Shown here: piece by piece, positions 39,001-48,000 of the stretch
Numbering within the stretch: position 1 is the first letter of the stretch
Layout: every line of letters begins with the position of its first letter
From: a virus
Taxonomy: Duplodnaviria; Caudoviricetes
Reading direction: 5' to 3' (one strand)
DNA: 64,000 bases
IMG/VR virus record: IMGVR_UViG_3300025706_000022
Location: 1-64,000 of that record
Program-made: the position numbers and the translations under genes
The notes under the pieces: model-generated
Told to the model about the DNA's origin: nothing
Database searches by the model: none
Seen by the model: the letters and a program-made list of their open reading frames with translations, nothing else

Positions 39001-39692
39001 ACTTCACGTTGAGATGCTTGGAACTGCGCAGAGTTCTTAGCAATACGGTTATAAAGAGAAGCAGTAGCATCTAATGATGTTCTAGTAGAAAATGCTATCT
39101 CTGAAATATCATTAAATGCTCTTTTTGCTGCTACAGTAGAGTCTGTAACAAGCTTGATCTTAGTGTTTAGATTCGTTATAGAGTCTGCAAACCTAAACAT
39201 ACCAGTAGCAGCGAATGCACTAGCAATACCACCGGCTGCAATTACTAACCCAGAAATAGCATTAGACGTGGATTTAGCACTCTTATTAAGATTTGCTAGC
39301 TGGTCATTAATCTTCTTTAGTCCAGCATCTTGTTTAGCAACATTAGTAAGCGATGTATCTACATTATCTAGGCTCTTACTAAGTGAGCTAGCATCCTTAG
39401 AGGTAGTTGCAAGATTATTATTAGTACCAATCTTACTCAAGGCTGCAGCAGCACTAGTAGCAGCCTTAGCAGTGCTTTCGAGCTTTTTATCTGCTTGAGA
39501 AGCACCAATATTTGTTAGCTTGGAGCTAACGTTACCTAATTCCTTGACTGCTTTTTCAGCCCTTACTTTGGTCAGTTGTGAATCAACAGCAGCAACCTTT
39601 TTACTTATCTTAGCGAGTGCTGAATCTATAGCACTCAATTCACCAAGCGCTTGTTGACTTTTTGACCTTACTTCTAGTTCGATAGCCATCAT
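33033..39692 (-). CDS. Tape measure protein with internal lambda-R-like muramidase domain
   Basis: Tape-measure domain (QLGQALSSGRLQGDELRSISENA); STAAGAFQI...T...DFS..SQ...A..LI...GAL...W.SLPG; C-terminal FADGG...G.GTGRSDSI. Confidence 0.95.
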   Translation of the reverse strand: MMAIELEVRSKSQQALGELSAIDSALAKISKKVAAVDSQLTKVRAEKAVKELGNVSSKLTNIGASQADKKLESTAKAATSAAAALSKIGTNNNLATTSKDASSLSKSLDNVDTSLTNVAKQDAGLKKINDQLANLNKSAKSTSNAISGLVIAAGGIASAFAATGMFRFADSITNLNTKIKLVTDSTVAAKRAFNDISEIAFSTRTSLDATASLYNRIAKNSAQFQASQREVALVTQTVGKAIAISGSSAQEAESAIMQLGQALSSGRLQGDELRSISENASGLASAIAEGMDVSIGRLREMGEAGELTATKVFDALLKQAGKVNGAFDNVGITFAQAFTNMNNAVKLLGVALGNIFSGLDLPRIINSWAISLGKFAKTLDWKFNILEARFLILITNIKEDLASITFDAVKLDLESFLPSFSTVTGFFDKFTKTIANMFKWLYDVVIGHSYWTDMITNIAKTSSGLLSGPLNSIKKFGTEVSNVFKGSFEEIGRMTKEADAYFKKKKAYDKEQEDIEVASQDFKGYAKGKYFDRSGDSDMFDKMLTQNARQYLEAGKLDNVSVKTQNTDQLEVYIKRALDLKKYAESQPDSDKNKELINSIDYDLKVLQSALVKEINKMYYVQSMQLESYKDQEKIQQDAVSAMGEIMSSGQLLARRDEFAKLGSILDKSRQEQNEIQNRYVKTIGKYNTTVRGDSDRRASEKSSLDQQATSAFSFAEIDLRKHIIGFESVFKMVTWFVTSINNAFKWLYDQVIGHSWWPDLINGIQTWAGALLGVPLGLVIKFIDLALNGFKTMALTVLKIFTNLKANLGAVFSKGSFLENMKVIFTYFGDLTSNVNSFKTALDAVYKLATDFVSLFKTPIEALDSTKDKESLSGIKFKKVQKGYIDPMIASLNKFFDPLIIKIKAFLAPIEAFFQPFVIAFKQAGGFANKKEGIIPGMTYKGGAVGVDTEAYVGAGPQRKSPMRMIGHDFLNALPESSQVPVFAAISTGLVLLINKLFGNFVPTTVLTQISTTIAAVVGVNIINDSTLKKAQNSITDWVLNTVNFITGFLFGSMKDSVTGMKDPLSILTTLAKLSLAFDSARKAILETAINIAKAFPAGGAAITGYGITKAADSLVLKRQEANLSSVNAQLPAAQQLATATRDANARAQAGLLAGSVMPQSAADAARAMTAAADAANKLATEQARLTASVSGLQTKMTDASKAFSEAAKKTRESIASGLANAGGMVGGTYGFAAGERIADKEGVSGTSKLALQVGAAAIGAAIGGAFMSVITSSLGAIMTALGALFLPMLAPIFLAIKVAFVGIFATGAAMLGVPVAALVAGIAALGAIAYGIWKNWDEIWPAIKGISKLVYDGIVAAWDWISGKFNAAIDFVKKVFNAGFPEGLFIFMDQIKAWSDGFWKAMSEFFTVANFTSMGQAIWNGILTGLKSIAGWFTGIFKKMGDGIKGATSYVLDIFVPSAAAAEMPKKGAVAGTSGDVGTQVTDAVKETSIKISDGVDGMVSSLTQQERLLTFLETLMKSEHSNSDATSGSAFNRIVGSGGYFDDESKHPNKVGFIDKQGRKSTAAGAFQITGTTYNDIAPKLGVSDFSAQSQTEVATALIKRAGALDDVLAGRFEIAIDKLKNVWTSLPGNTDPTQSQRKWDTIKQFMQEAAVNVVNGTAVIQKKLEEGANSLVDTVKGVGTRAVKKAAAVKDSAAEKFNNYSGGGNQFTPAGTSTPIATIKDKIENAVSLVASFEELNSALASANLPTLTEEDFKGLLDTPEVLDMITTSLSLMEQETDKLAVASDFAKNRISKNIGKLKGNIKDALPKNAEEEGAKTLQPTAFGKTFTENFKKEFNEGLVSAMQGKSSFKEVAQKMWETLSTQFLQQMTTSFMDNLLKGFYTMLDDFAGKGDAAFIKMGEKARTGIGSLFTSTKEEKPVTDISRPLSEVGQTSGQSKVGGVATEAFGQSKPGLSMAERLTGAGAAGTGGECVVKQAEAICGGKGGFMEALTGLGTTPGSEQSKMLAEQTAGMDDLNVEGFFETVSASFKTGFDGIISGAQDFGGSIMKVFESFDMGGLIDGVIEGAKMLFNVIKSFFADGGYVQAFAGGGAIRAFAGGGNTGKINGPGTGRSDSILARVSNGEYIVNAKSTALNRGLLDAINFGQAIVPGYANGGVINMGQELMNQKKNEPTPNSSTVNIAITGDISRQTRAEIIRMMPQITSGTRQIAYENGSR

Positions 39693-40018
39693 TCGTCCTT
39701 GTAAGTAACAACCTGCCCTACAGCTCTACCATAACGTAATGCTATAGCCTCAATAAAATGAGCAGGTGCTTGGTCAGAATGCCCTTCATTGAGGGCGCTA
39801 ATATATGGTACATTGTTGGTTACTTCATACACTGGAAACTTTTTACCAGGTACTTCTCTTATTTCCCAGCCCTCTCTTGCTACACCTGTATCAATAGGCG
39901 TAGCAAGAACAAGCTCATCTGTCATCTGTTGAACAGCTGCAAGAATGCCAGACTGGATACGGCTAGTTACTTGCTTTTGAAGAGAAGACATAGTAATTTT
40001 AACGTTCTTTACTGGCAT
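39689..40018 (-). CDS. Tail completion protein (HK97 gp10-like)
   Basis: TPIDTG.AR.GW; NNVPYI..LN.GHS.QAP..FI. Confidence 0.85.
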   Translation of the reverse strand: MPVKNVKITMSSLQKQVTSRIQSGILAAVQQMTDELVLATPIDTGVAREGWEIREVPGKKFPVYEVTNNVPYISALNEGHSDQAPAHFIEAIALRYGRAVGQVVTYKDE

Positions 40019-40030
40019 TTTTGCTCCTTT

Positions 40031-40659
40031 CTATTTCAATACGTTAGGTAATTCCCTAGAGCTAGATAAGAAGTGGAACACCCCAGACCGCTTAAAGCTT
40101 TCCAATGTTATCTTTCTTTCTTCTGCTCGTTTAACTTCCTGTGCTTTAAGAGTGGCCAAAGAACTAAATAATTCTTCTGGCTTAGCCTTAACACCAAAAG
40201 CCTGTAAGATCATCATAGTGCGCTGATCCTCACGCCACCCAGGAGGATACTTATTAAAATACTCTCGCCATCCGAATAACTCATCATAGGGCATCTCAGC
40301 ACGAATTTGGTATACGGGCATTCCCAGAAGAGCAGCTAACTCGTATAGAGCTAAGTCCTCGTCTGAGAGTGTTACTTTCCCTCACCCACCCCAGAGTATT
40401 TCATAATTTCATTGGAGAGCCTATTCAACTCATCCATTGGAAAACTAGAAAACTCTTCATCAGAGAGTTCTTTTGCATCTTCTACTGCAAAGTTCATAAT
40501 CAGACGAAGAGTCTCCAACCCCTCACCTTCAGGCTTGTTCTTTACATGTTCTTGAATCTGCATAACTTCTTGCACAGTGAGCTTACTAATAGTAATCTTC
40601 TCACCCATAAAGTTAATTTCCTTGGTAATACGCTTTGCTGCGAGTGATTTGAGACTCAT
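40031..40659 (-). CDS. Tail assembly chaperone G (40372-40659) and frameshift product GT
   Basis: The G ORF ends G GGA AAG TAA; the -1 frame is open through 40031. Confidence 0.88.
40375..40381 (-). promoter_or_regulatory. Programmed -1 ribosomal frameshift site GGGAAAG
   Basis: Same heptamer as lambda G/GT, in the canonical position upstream of the tape measure region. Confidence 0.9.
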
Positions 40660-40663
40660 TTTA

Positions 40664-40870
40664 TTACTCCATAGATTTTTGAATAATTTCAAGTTGCTTT
40701 TTAAGTTGGTGAAGGCCACTTAGGGCTTTAAATACTTCACTAGACTTATCTGGACTATCTTGAAATTCTTGAATACGATTGAAGGTCTTTGCAAGGCTAC
40801 TCTCAACGCAATCTTGCATACGTTTTACAGTAACTCTAAGCACAAATCTAGAATCAAATTTGCGATCCAT
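40664..40870 (-). CDS. 68-aa helical protein between tail tube and chaperone genes
   Basis: Internal ATG 40870 with GGAG RBS; fills the intergenic gap. Confidence 0.5.
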   Translation of the reverse strand: MDRKFDSRFVLRVTVKRMQDCVESSLAKTFNRIQEFQDSPDKSSEVFKALSGLHQLKKQLEIIQKSME

Positions 40871-40966
40871 ATTATACTCCATAGCAGGGCACTCTGTCTG
40901 AATAAACAGTGGGCAAGAGTCATTTAAGTAATCATTACCAGCGATCACCCCCTTTATTACTACCTA

Positions 40967-41545
40967 TTAGGGGGCGCCATCCAGAGTAAACGCGCCCCAA
41001 ACAATAGATTGCAGGGTGATAGCAATCGTAGCTTGGTTAGAGTCAGTCAGGTTAGGGGTGACCAGTAGGGAGTCAATCTTACCATTGAAATACCAATACG
41101 TATTTTCAACAGTACCCAGACCAGCAGGCTTTGACGAGTAATCAGTCGGTTCAGAATTAAGCAGCGCAAAACGGAACACAGCTTGTTTACCAGAACCAAC
41201 CAAATCACCCAAACTAGAGCCATCAGCCCATTGGGTAGCAACATAGTTAAGCGTGATTTCCATAGACGGAGCATCAGCTTGACCTTGAATCTGTTGCGAC
41301 ACAGATTGACCAAACACAGGCACGTTAACGATATTTGGCGGGGTACCAATAGCAGGGAATTCACGAACGTTAACAATACGAACGAAATCACCAGCAATAG
41401 GCGCACCACCAACATTCTCTGTAGCAAAGAGAGCATCGTAGCCAGCTTTAGTGAAAGCAGCGGGCGGCGGAGTAGGGCCAGTCGCATTGAATGCGATGGA
41501 CATATCCGAGAACATACCTGCGCCAATAGAAGCAATATGAGACAT
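40967..41545 (-). CDS. Major tail tube protein
   Basis: VREFP.IGTP.NIVNVP.FG....QI.GQ.DAP..EIT.NY; high-expression codon bias. Confidence 0.88.
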   Translation of the reverse strand: MSHIASIGAGMFSDMSIAFNATGPTPPPAAFTKAGYDALFATENVGGAPIAGDFVRIVNVREFPAIGTPPNIVNVPVFGQSVSQQIQGQADAPSMEITLNYVATQWADGSSLGDLVGSGKQAVFRFALLNSEPTDYSSKPAGLGTVENTYWYFNGKIDSLLVTPNLTDSNQATIAITLQSIVWGAFTLDGAP

Positions 41546-42018
41546 TAGGTTTCCTTCCGAAAGTAAGAGAATTGAATTTGATACGTAGAGCGAAGTAGAG
41601 AACTATTATTCTGAGCTTCACCTCTTATCTCAAAATTAGACTCACGCCTAAATTGAGTTACTGCTGTATCACTTTGGGTAGCAAGACTCTGACCAGCGAA
41701 GAATTTATCAAATATATCGGCTATTTGATATGCACGCTTTGGCCCTGCTCCATTTGGTGTAAATATTTCTACAAACATTATACCTTTTAGGGTATCCTTA
41801 AAACCTTCGCCATTAGTTACTAGATCAAACCTACCAAACTCAGTAGTGTTTTTATCAGTGATGTAACCTCTAGGTACAACTAAAAAGAATTGATCAGCCC
41901 ACTCTTGACTAGAAAATAGAGAAAATACATCATCTAGCAAATTTGAATATCTGCCTTGTGGCCTAGTAGTCACATGCGTAGTTGGCGCTAACCGCTTAGA
42001 AACTCGTTTAGTAGCCAT
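41545..42018 (-). CDS. Tail terminator-like protein
   Basis: Synteny; G....EIF.P.G.G..RA..IAD.....F. Confidence 0.65.
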   Translation of the reverse strand: MATKRVSKRLAPTTHVTTRPQGRYSNLLDDVFSLFSSQEWADQFFLVVPRGYITDKNTTEFGRFDLVTNGEGFKDTLKGIMFVEIFTPNGAGPKRAYQIADIFDKFFAGQSLATQSDTAVTQFRRESNFEIRGEAQNNSSLLRSTYQIQFSYFRKET

Positions 42019-42395
42019 TATACATCCTCCTGCGCGGCATATAACGTTATTGTGTACCCGTTATCATTATTTGCTTTACTACTCTCAGTAGAGTGGACCA
42101 CATTTAGAGTATTACCCCTAACAATAACCTTATCAAACACATCAATACTAGCAACCCCTGCCTTATCAAAATCTTCAGTGATAAGGAGGAGCTTAAGAAC
42201 ACTAGTATTTGTATTCTCCATAGTTTCTCTAATGACTACAGCCCTAAATACATACGATACTGATGTACTGCCTATTGCTTCTCCAGTAGCGTAGTCAAAG
42301 TCAGTAGTGCCATTATTGATAAAGGTTACATCCTCAGCAAGATCTTCAATTAATGCGAATGCTTTGCGCACATAGGCCTTTACCATGGATCTCAT
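42018..42395 (-). CDS. Head closure / head-tail joining protein
   Basis: Synteny; YD..TG pattern; start ATG 42395 with AAGGAG. Confidence 0.6.
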   Translation of the reverse strand: MRSMVKAYVRKAFALIEDLAEDVTFINNGTTDFDYATGEAIGSTSVSYVFRAVVIRETMENTNTSVLKLLLITEDFDKAGVASIDVFDKVIVRGNTLNVVHSTESSKANNDNGYTITLYAAQEDV

Positions 42396-42405
42396 GGATA
42401 TCTCC

Positions 42406-42927
42406 TTAGTTTGCTCTCCACCAAGCATTTCCACCAGAACCAGTATACTTACGCTGTAATGCTGCGTTACCATCCATAGTTAAGGGATAATAGTAGTTTT
42501 CTGCTGTAGTGGAAAAACGAGGTGGGAGTGCAGATTCGCCATCAAGACCCTCTAATTCAATAACATCAACCTTCAGTTTAGATATTGAGCCAGTTTCGTC
42601 TAATAAACCATCGTTATTAAGTAATTGATAAGCTTGTTCACAAGTAGCAGCTAACATACGCTGCGGAATAACTACTGGATCTAATTCAACAACCTTTCCA
42701 AGTACAGGTTCCAAATAGCTACCGATACGAGGAAATGCTATCGTTTGTAGATCACTCGCAGCAACACCAACCCAAATAATCTCATTCAGCATACGGGTTG
42801 CCGTAATGAGGGATTGCTCCTTCATCTGGTTATCTGCACTAGTCCAAGCTGCAGCATCAACCCGACCTAAGAAATAAGTGTCAGCATCTGCTACTGAAAT
42901 ATACGAGTTCTTTCCAACCTCAAGCAT
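42406..42927 (-). CDS. Head-tail adaptor
   Basis: NSY.SVA.AD.YF..R....W......KE..L..ATR.L...W.G...Q..AFPR. Confidence 0.8.
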   Translation of the reverse strand: MLEVGKNSYISVADADTYFLGRVDAAAWTSADNQMKEQSLITATRMLNEIIWVGVAASDLQTIAFPRIGSYLEPVLGKVVELDPVVIPQRMLAATCEQAYQLLNNDGLLDETGSISKLKVDVIELEGLDGESALPPRFSTTAENYYYPLTMDGNAALQRKYTGSGGNAWWRAN

Positions 42928-42953
42928 ATGCCCTCCGTAGCTACATGTAGCTG

Positions 42954-44138
42954 TTAGCTGTGGAAGATCGGGAGAATACCCAGGGTAAGAGCAGAGGTAG
43001 CTTTACGAACAAAAGCACCCTTATCACCAACAGCAACAGTAGCACCAGACAGATCACGCATAGCAGAACCACCAGTACCAATCTGCATGTAATCTGCATC
43101 AGCAACGAAGTTGTCTTCATCACCGTACCAAGAATAACCACGCGGATGGACGATATAGCCCCAACGATACCAAACATCAGTAGTACCACCACCCATAAAG
43201 GCAGATGGAACGTGGCCAATCTCAACCGGCATAGGAACAGCCAATTGGTTAAATGCCAGACTGTTAGGCATAACAATAAACGTGGTCTCTGGTCCAACCA
43301 GATCAACACCAGCGCCAGTATTAATGGCAGTACGTTCAGCAGAGGTCAGGCCTTGATTAGCACGTGTAATAATCAAGCGGAATTTACCGGAGAAAATGGT
43401 TTCAAATTCAACCATACCATCGGTAACACGAGTTTCATCAACCAGATTAGCAGAACGAAGCGAAGCCAACACCTTGGGCGATACAACAAGGTAGGCATAG
43501 GCAGGCTCATAATCCTTCCAACCCATACCCATAGCGGTAAGGAAGGCTTCAGCGCGAGCAGCACCTTGTTTAGCAGCATCAGCATCAACGATAAGCTTAT
43601 TCAAGCCCATATCAACGTACATACCGTACTTCTGATCTTCTGGGTTATTATCAAACGTTTGGCCACCAAGACCAGTTGCACCAGAGCCAGAACCAGCACC
43701 ATTCAGCAGCTCAGAGATAGCAACACCCTTCAGGACAGACAAGAGTGCGTTATGCTCATCTTGAGTGCGAGTCTCAGCAAAATCACGACCAATCTTAGCC
43801 AGGCCGTCTTCTTGCGTAACAACTTGCTTCATATTGACTTGTTCAGCACCATGCGTGCGAACCGTCTTAATGTACTTAGCATAGTTTGAAGACTGGGTAG
43901 TCTTAGTACCAGCAGTTGCATCAGTAAGCGAAGCAACGTTGATAACAGGCTTCAGCGGCTTTTTCCAACGAAGTTGACCAACAAAAGTTTCAGTATTGGT
44001 GTCAATGTCGGCTTGAGCACCGGCAATACCAGTACCAACCAGTTTCTTAGCATTGGTGTATGCTTCATCGGAGTAGGCAGAGATAGCCTCTTGCAGAACC
44101 GAATCAGTTGCACCGGGGATATTAGTACGAGCAGTCAT
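42954..44138 (-). CDS. Major capsid protein
   Basis: 394 aa, follows the scaffold gene, strongest codon bias; ..RWGYIVHP.G.SW ending. Confidence 0.85.
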   Translation of the reverse strand: MTARTNIPGATDSVLQEAISAYSDEAYTNAKKLVGTGIAGAQADIDTNTETFVGQLRWKKPLKPVINVASLTDATAGTKTTQSSNYAKYIKTVRTHGAEQVNMKQVVTQEDGLAKIGRDFAETRTQDEHNALLSVLKGVAISELLNGAGSGSGATGLGGQTFDNNPEDQKYGMYVDMGLNKLIVDADAAKQGAARAEAFLTAMGMGWKDYEPAYAYLVVSPKVLASLRSANLVDETRVTDGMVEFETIFSGKFRLIITRANQGLTSAERTAINTGAGVDLVGPETTFIVMPNSLAFNQLAVPMPVEIGHVPSAFMGGGTTDVWYRWGYIVHPRGYSWYGDEDNFVADADYMQIGTGGSAMRDLSGATVAVGDKGAFVRKATSALTLGILPIFHS

Positions 44139-44157
44139 TACTTTTCCTTTAGTTTAT

Positions 44158-44886
44158 TTATTGCCTTTGGTTTGGTAGTTTACCTTCGGCAGCAAGTTTG
44201 AGAACCTCTTCTTGCGTTCTAGCAAATAGAGATTTGGGAGTACTATTAGGCGTTCCAGTAGGGGTTTGAGTTCCGCCACCAGAGCTAGCCTTTGGCTTAA
44301 GCAAGAAGCTATTAGCCTCGTCTGCAACAAAAGTAGAAATAAAGTCCTTAATCGAAACACCAGAGCGATGAACCCAGTTGTTTTTATCATCTTTGATTAC
44401 TTGGCCGATAACCTCATGAAAAGCCATATCAGCTGCTTTTTCATTACGGAACTCAGTAGAACGTAACAGATCACGGACCTGACTATCACGAGTAAGTTCA
44501 AGAACTCGTTGTTCTAATGTAGTATGCTTACCAAGTAAATCATTGTAAGCAGCATCTTTTTCTACGAGCTTCATTTCGTATACTTCCTTGTGCTTACCTT
44601 CTTCTTCCAATTTCTTAAGCTGAATCTCGCGTTCCTTCTTCTCAAGCTCCTCTGCCTTTTTGAGTGCAGAATCACGAACAGAGTAGGCGTTATCAAGTTT
44701 AGTCTTGATATCTTTTAATTGTTCAGCAACCTTTTCAGCAACAAGCTTTGAAATCATGTCCTGATCGGTGTTGCCACTTTTATTTTGGTCATCATTCTTA
44801 CCGTCTTGATTCTTACCAGCATCCTGATTAGTACCATCAGCATTCTGATTCTTATCTTTCTGGTTGTTTTGATCTTCAGTACTCAT
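44158..44886 (-). CDS. Capsid scaffolding protein
   Basis: Low-complexity N-terminus, coiled coil, ...FLLKPKAS.GGG; start ATG 44886. Confidence 0.8.
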   Translation of the reverse strand: MSTEDQNNQKDKNQNADGTNQDAGKNQDGKNDDQNKSGNTDQDMISKLVAEKVAEQLKDIKTKLDNAYSVRDSALKKAEELEKKEREIQLKKLEEEGKHKEVYEMKLVEKDAAYNDLLGKHTTLEQRVLELTRDSQVRDLLRSTEFRNEKAADMAFHEVIGQVIKDDKNNWVHRSGVSIKDFISTFVADEANSFLLKPKASSGGGTQTPTGTPNSTPKSLFARTQEEVLKLAAEGKLPNQRQ

Positions 44887-45052
44887 TTTACTACTCCTAT
44901 GGGACACAGCCCGGTTAATTGTGCTATAGCTACATTCTATAGCATACTGCAAAGAAAATATAGTGGGAAACCAATTGAGGGGACAGTACCTCTAAAGAGG
45001 CGGGAGAGAAGGCTTATCAGCCATTACATGGCCTATCCCACTATCAAAACTA

Positions 45053-48000
45053 TTAGCCTATTCCATAGAAGCCTTTATCATGCTTCCAAAAATCAGGCGG
45101 TATATCTTCTAGAATATCCTCAGCTTTGAGAATATCCTGTTCAGTCATAAGTCTTCCACCAACTTTACTTTTTCCAGCTATTGGAATAATACCTTTTTCA
45201 ATGGCCTCTTCCAAATACTGATCATAAAGCTCTTTAGGTAATCCACGCTCACGCAGAAGATCTAATGTAGCCTTTACTGTATTTTTCGTAACAGCATCAG
45301 CATACATTTTTCTAATAGCCGTCTTAGCCTTAATCATATCACCAGCATTAGTGAAGAAAGCCGAAATATTCAACAAAGGTCGTTAGTCTTTGCCCGTTAC
45401 TGTCGAGTTAGTTAATAATTCTTCCAAGTATTACCAATTCGTATTTGACGAATGGTAGAAGGGTGCGATCCAAATTCTACAGCTATTTCTGCATCTAACT
45501 TTCCATTTTTGATACATTCTCGTATATAAGGTACATCCTCTGCAGTTATCTTTCTAGTCCTAGGTGCACCATTATAACGACCAGGGATAGTCAGACCTAG
45601 ATGCTTCCAGTTGTCACCAATCCTAATAGCGTTTATAGATTGCCTAGTAACACCGTATTCATCTGCAATCTCTTGATCTTTTTTGCCAGCAAGCATTAAT
45701 TTAATTATAGTAGGTATTTCTGACTCTACTAATACCGACTCAACCCTATGTGAACCGCGTGGCATTAACCCAGTATCGTATGCGTGCTGAACATTTTCAC
45801 TGCGAGTTGCCCATTCTAGATTAATTACATGGTTATGTAACCTATTCCCATCAATATGATTTACATCTGATTTAGAAAAGGGATTTGGTATAAAAGCCTT
45901 TGCAACCAACCTATGTAGCTTTTCTGTGCGTCTAACACCATTGTATGATATATGAAACTGCCTATAACCACCTACGATATTACCTAATGTGATGCACCCA
46001 TTAGAGCCACAATATAGTCTACCATGGTTACTAATAGAATAGTTTGCATCACCAACTTGTTTCCATTCTTCTTGCATGTTTACTCCTTGTGCTCGACAGC
46101 ACTGCTGCATATTACTATGCAGACTAGACTATATCTTCAAAGTAAATACATGTATTTACGATGTCCCCCGTTTCCACTCACTTGAGTGTACTGGCGCAAT
46201 GCCATAGTCGTTACACCTTCCTTATTTCTAAGGATTGGCTCGGTATTGTCCTAACGAAGGAGTTTCACCGAATTAGAGGGATTTAACCACAACAAAATTT
46301 ATCGTGGATACTAGTTGTTTCTATACCATTACGCTTACCCCATAAAGCAAAGTTCTTAACTAGAGTAGCATCGTTAGAGTGATTGCCATTGACGGCATAT
46401 GCCGTTCTAGCAGACACTGCATCAGCTACTTCATTTATTTTATTACTCTTATTAACTAACTCTTCAAACCAAGTGGGATCAGTTTTATTATCTACTTGAA
46501 TAATATTAGTGATCCAGTTACCATCAGCATCCTTATAATTAAGCCTTTCCTCAAATCGTTGGGTATAATATTGCTCCAACACACTACCATCAAGGTTCAC
46601 CCAAGGCACATGTGTCCAACTCTTAGGTTGCTTATTGGGTAACCCCAACTCAGCTATATCAATATCTTTGTAAACATCACCCACCTGAAGCTTAATATCA
46701 AACTTCTTACCAGTAGGTCTATAGCCCTTGTCCTTAACCCCAAATAGTATATCAGAGATGGTACTATCGGGTTTATATCCAGGTATACGTTTAAGGATTT
46801 GTTCTCGATAAGATACCTTTGGATCTATTCCTAGTATCCAAGCTAGCACAGGATGAGGCTTAGCCCCTTCTTTATACTCACCAAATGCGGTTTTCTTCAT
46901 AAGGCTTACCCAATCAAACTCAGCTTTAGAAGGCTTTGCTGTTAACAGAAAGTCTTGTGCCAGCCTACCGAAGAACTTAGTAAAATCATTCAAAATAGGT
47001 ACACGATTAGACATATGCTCAGACATGATTGCACCTATCTGAGCAAAATCTTTGGGCGTAACTACTTCATCATAATCCCTAGTAAGCTTCTCTACAAAAT
47101 CCTTTGTTTTAGGATCAAGGAACCATAAGTCAGACATCAAGTCATCACCTGGCCTAGTTCCACTATCAAATATGTCTTTGACCTGTTTACGAAGCTGCAT
47201 TAGTTCGTCTGCAGTATCTTGATCCCAACGTGCTATTTTAGCAGCACGGGCAGAGATTTCACCCAATACAGCATCGCGTTCCTCAGCTTTAATTACTAAG
47301 ACACCATCATCTTTACCTAAAGCCTTAGCTAATTTCTTTTCTACATTCATGGTAGCAGTTCTCTGTCCGGCGCCGTATAGAGAGACCATGTTATGCGCTT
47401 TTGACAATGTGTTAACAAGGGGTCGTTAGTCCCCTGTCATAATTTATTAGTAGTTCTTCCAGGTATTTCCTCTACGAATTTGGTTTATGGTTGCAGTTGC
47501 TACACCAAACATAGGTGCAATATCGCAATCACGTAATGTGCCAAATAAGCTTCGAATAACCGGTATATCTTCTCCAGTTAACTTCTTAACTGGGCCATTA
47601 CCTATAATCGGCTGTCTTTCAATAAATCGCCAAGTACGGTTACATCGAATATCATCAATTGTATTTGGGGCCACGTTATACTTTTTGGCAAGAGTAATAT
47701 TTCTATCACCAGCCTTTAAGGCATCAATAATTTCATGAACTTCTGTTTCTAGAAGGATATGCATATAGCTACCTTCTCCAGAAGCAATTAACCCTAATTT
47801 TACAGCATGCTCATTATTCTCTGTAGGAGTACACCACTCTAGGTTACTAGACTTATTATTAAGCTTATTACCATCAATGTGGTTAGCCCAGGGCTTACCA
47901 TCTACCCTAGGTATAAAGGCCCTAATAACCAATTTATGAACATCGATAGTTATCCTATCCTTACGAGAGGTAAACTGTATACTAACTTGTAAGTATCCTC

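Noticed and set aside
33081-39498. Several plus-strand ORFs (35169, 38356, 39154 and others)
   Set aside because: Antisense to the tape measure gene; Ser/Leu/Ile-rich shadow translations
42960-43889. 309-aa plus-strand ORF
   Set aside because: Exact antisense shadow of the major capsid gene, explained by its codon bias; no RBS or protein-like composition
44955-44980. AATTGGTTTCCCACTATA resembling T7/SP6 promoters upstream of the scaffold gene
   Set aside because: Single occurrence; I could not find a second copy, so it is not supported as a consensus
45053-45376. 107-aa ORF as a stand-alone gene
   Set aside because: Begins inside the 3' end of intron 2; it is exon 3
46283-47407. 374-aa ORF as an independent gene or a separate RNAP subunit (N4 RNAPII-like split)
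   Set aside because: Its TTG start is the intron's 3' terminal sequence with no RBS, and full group I cores flank it; it is exon 2
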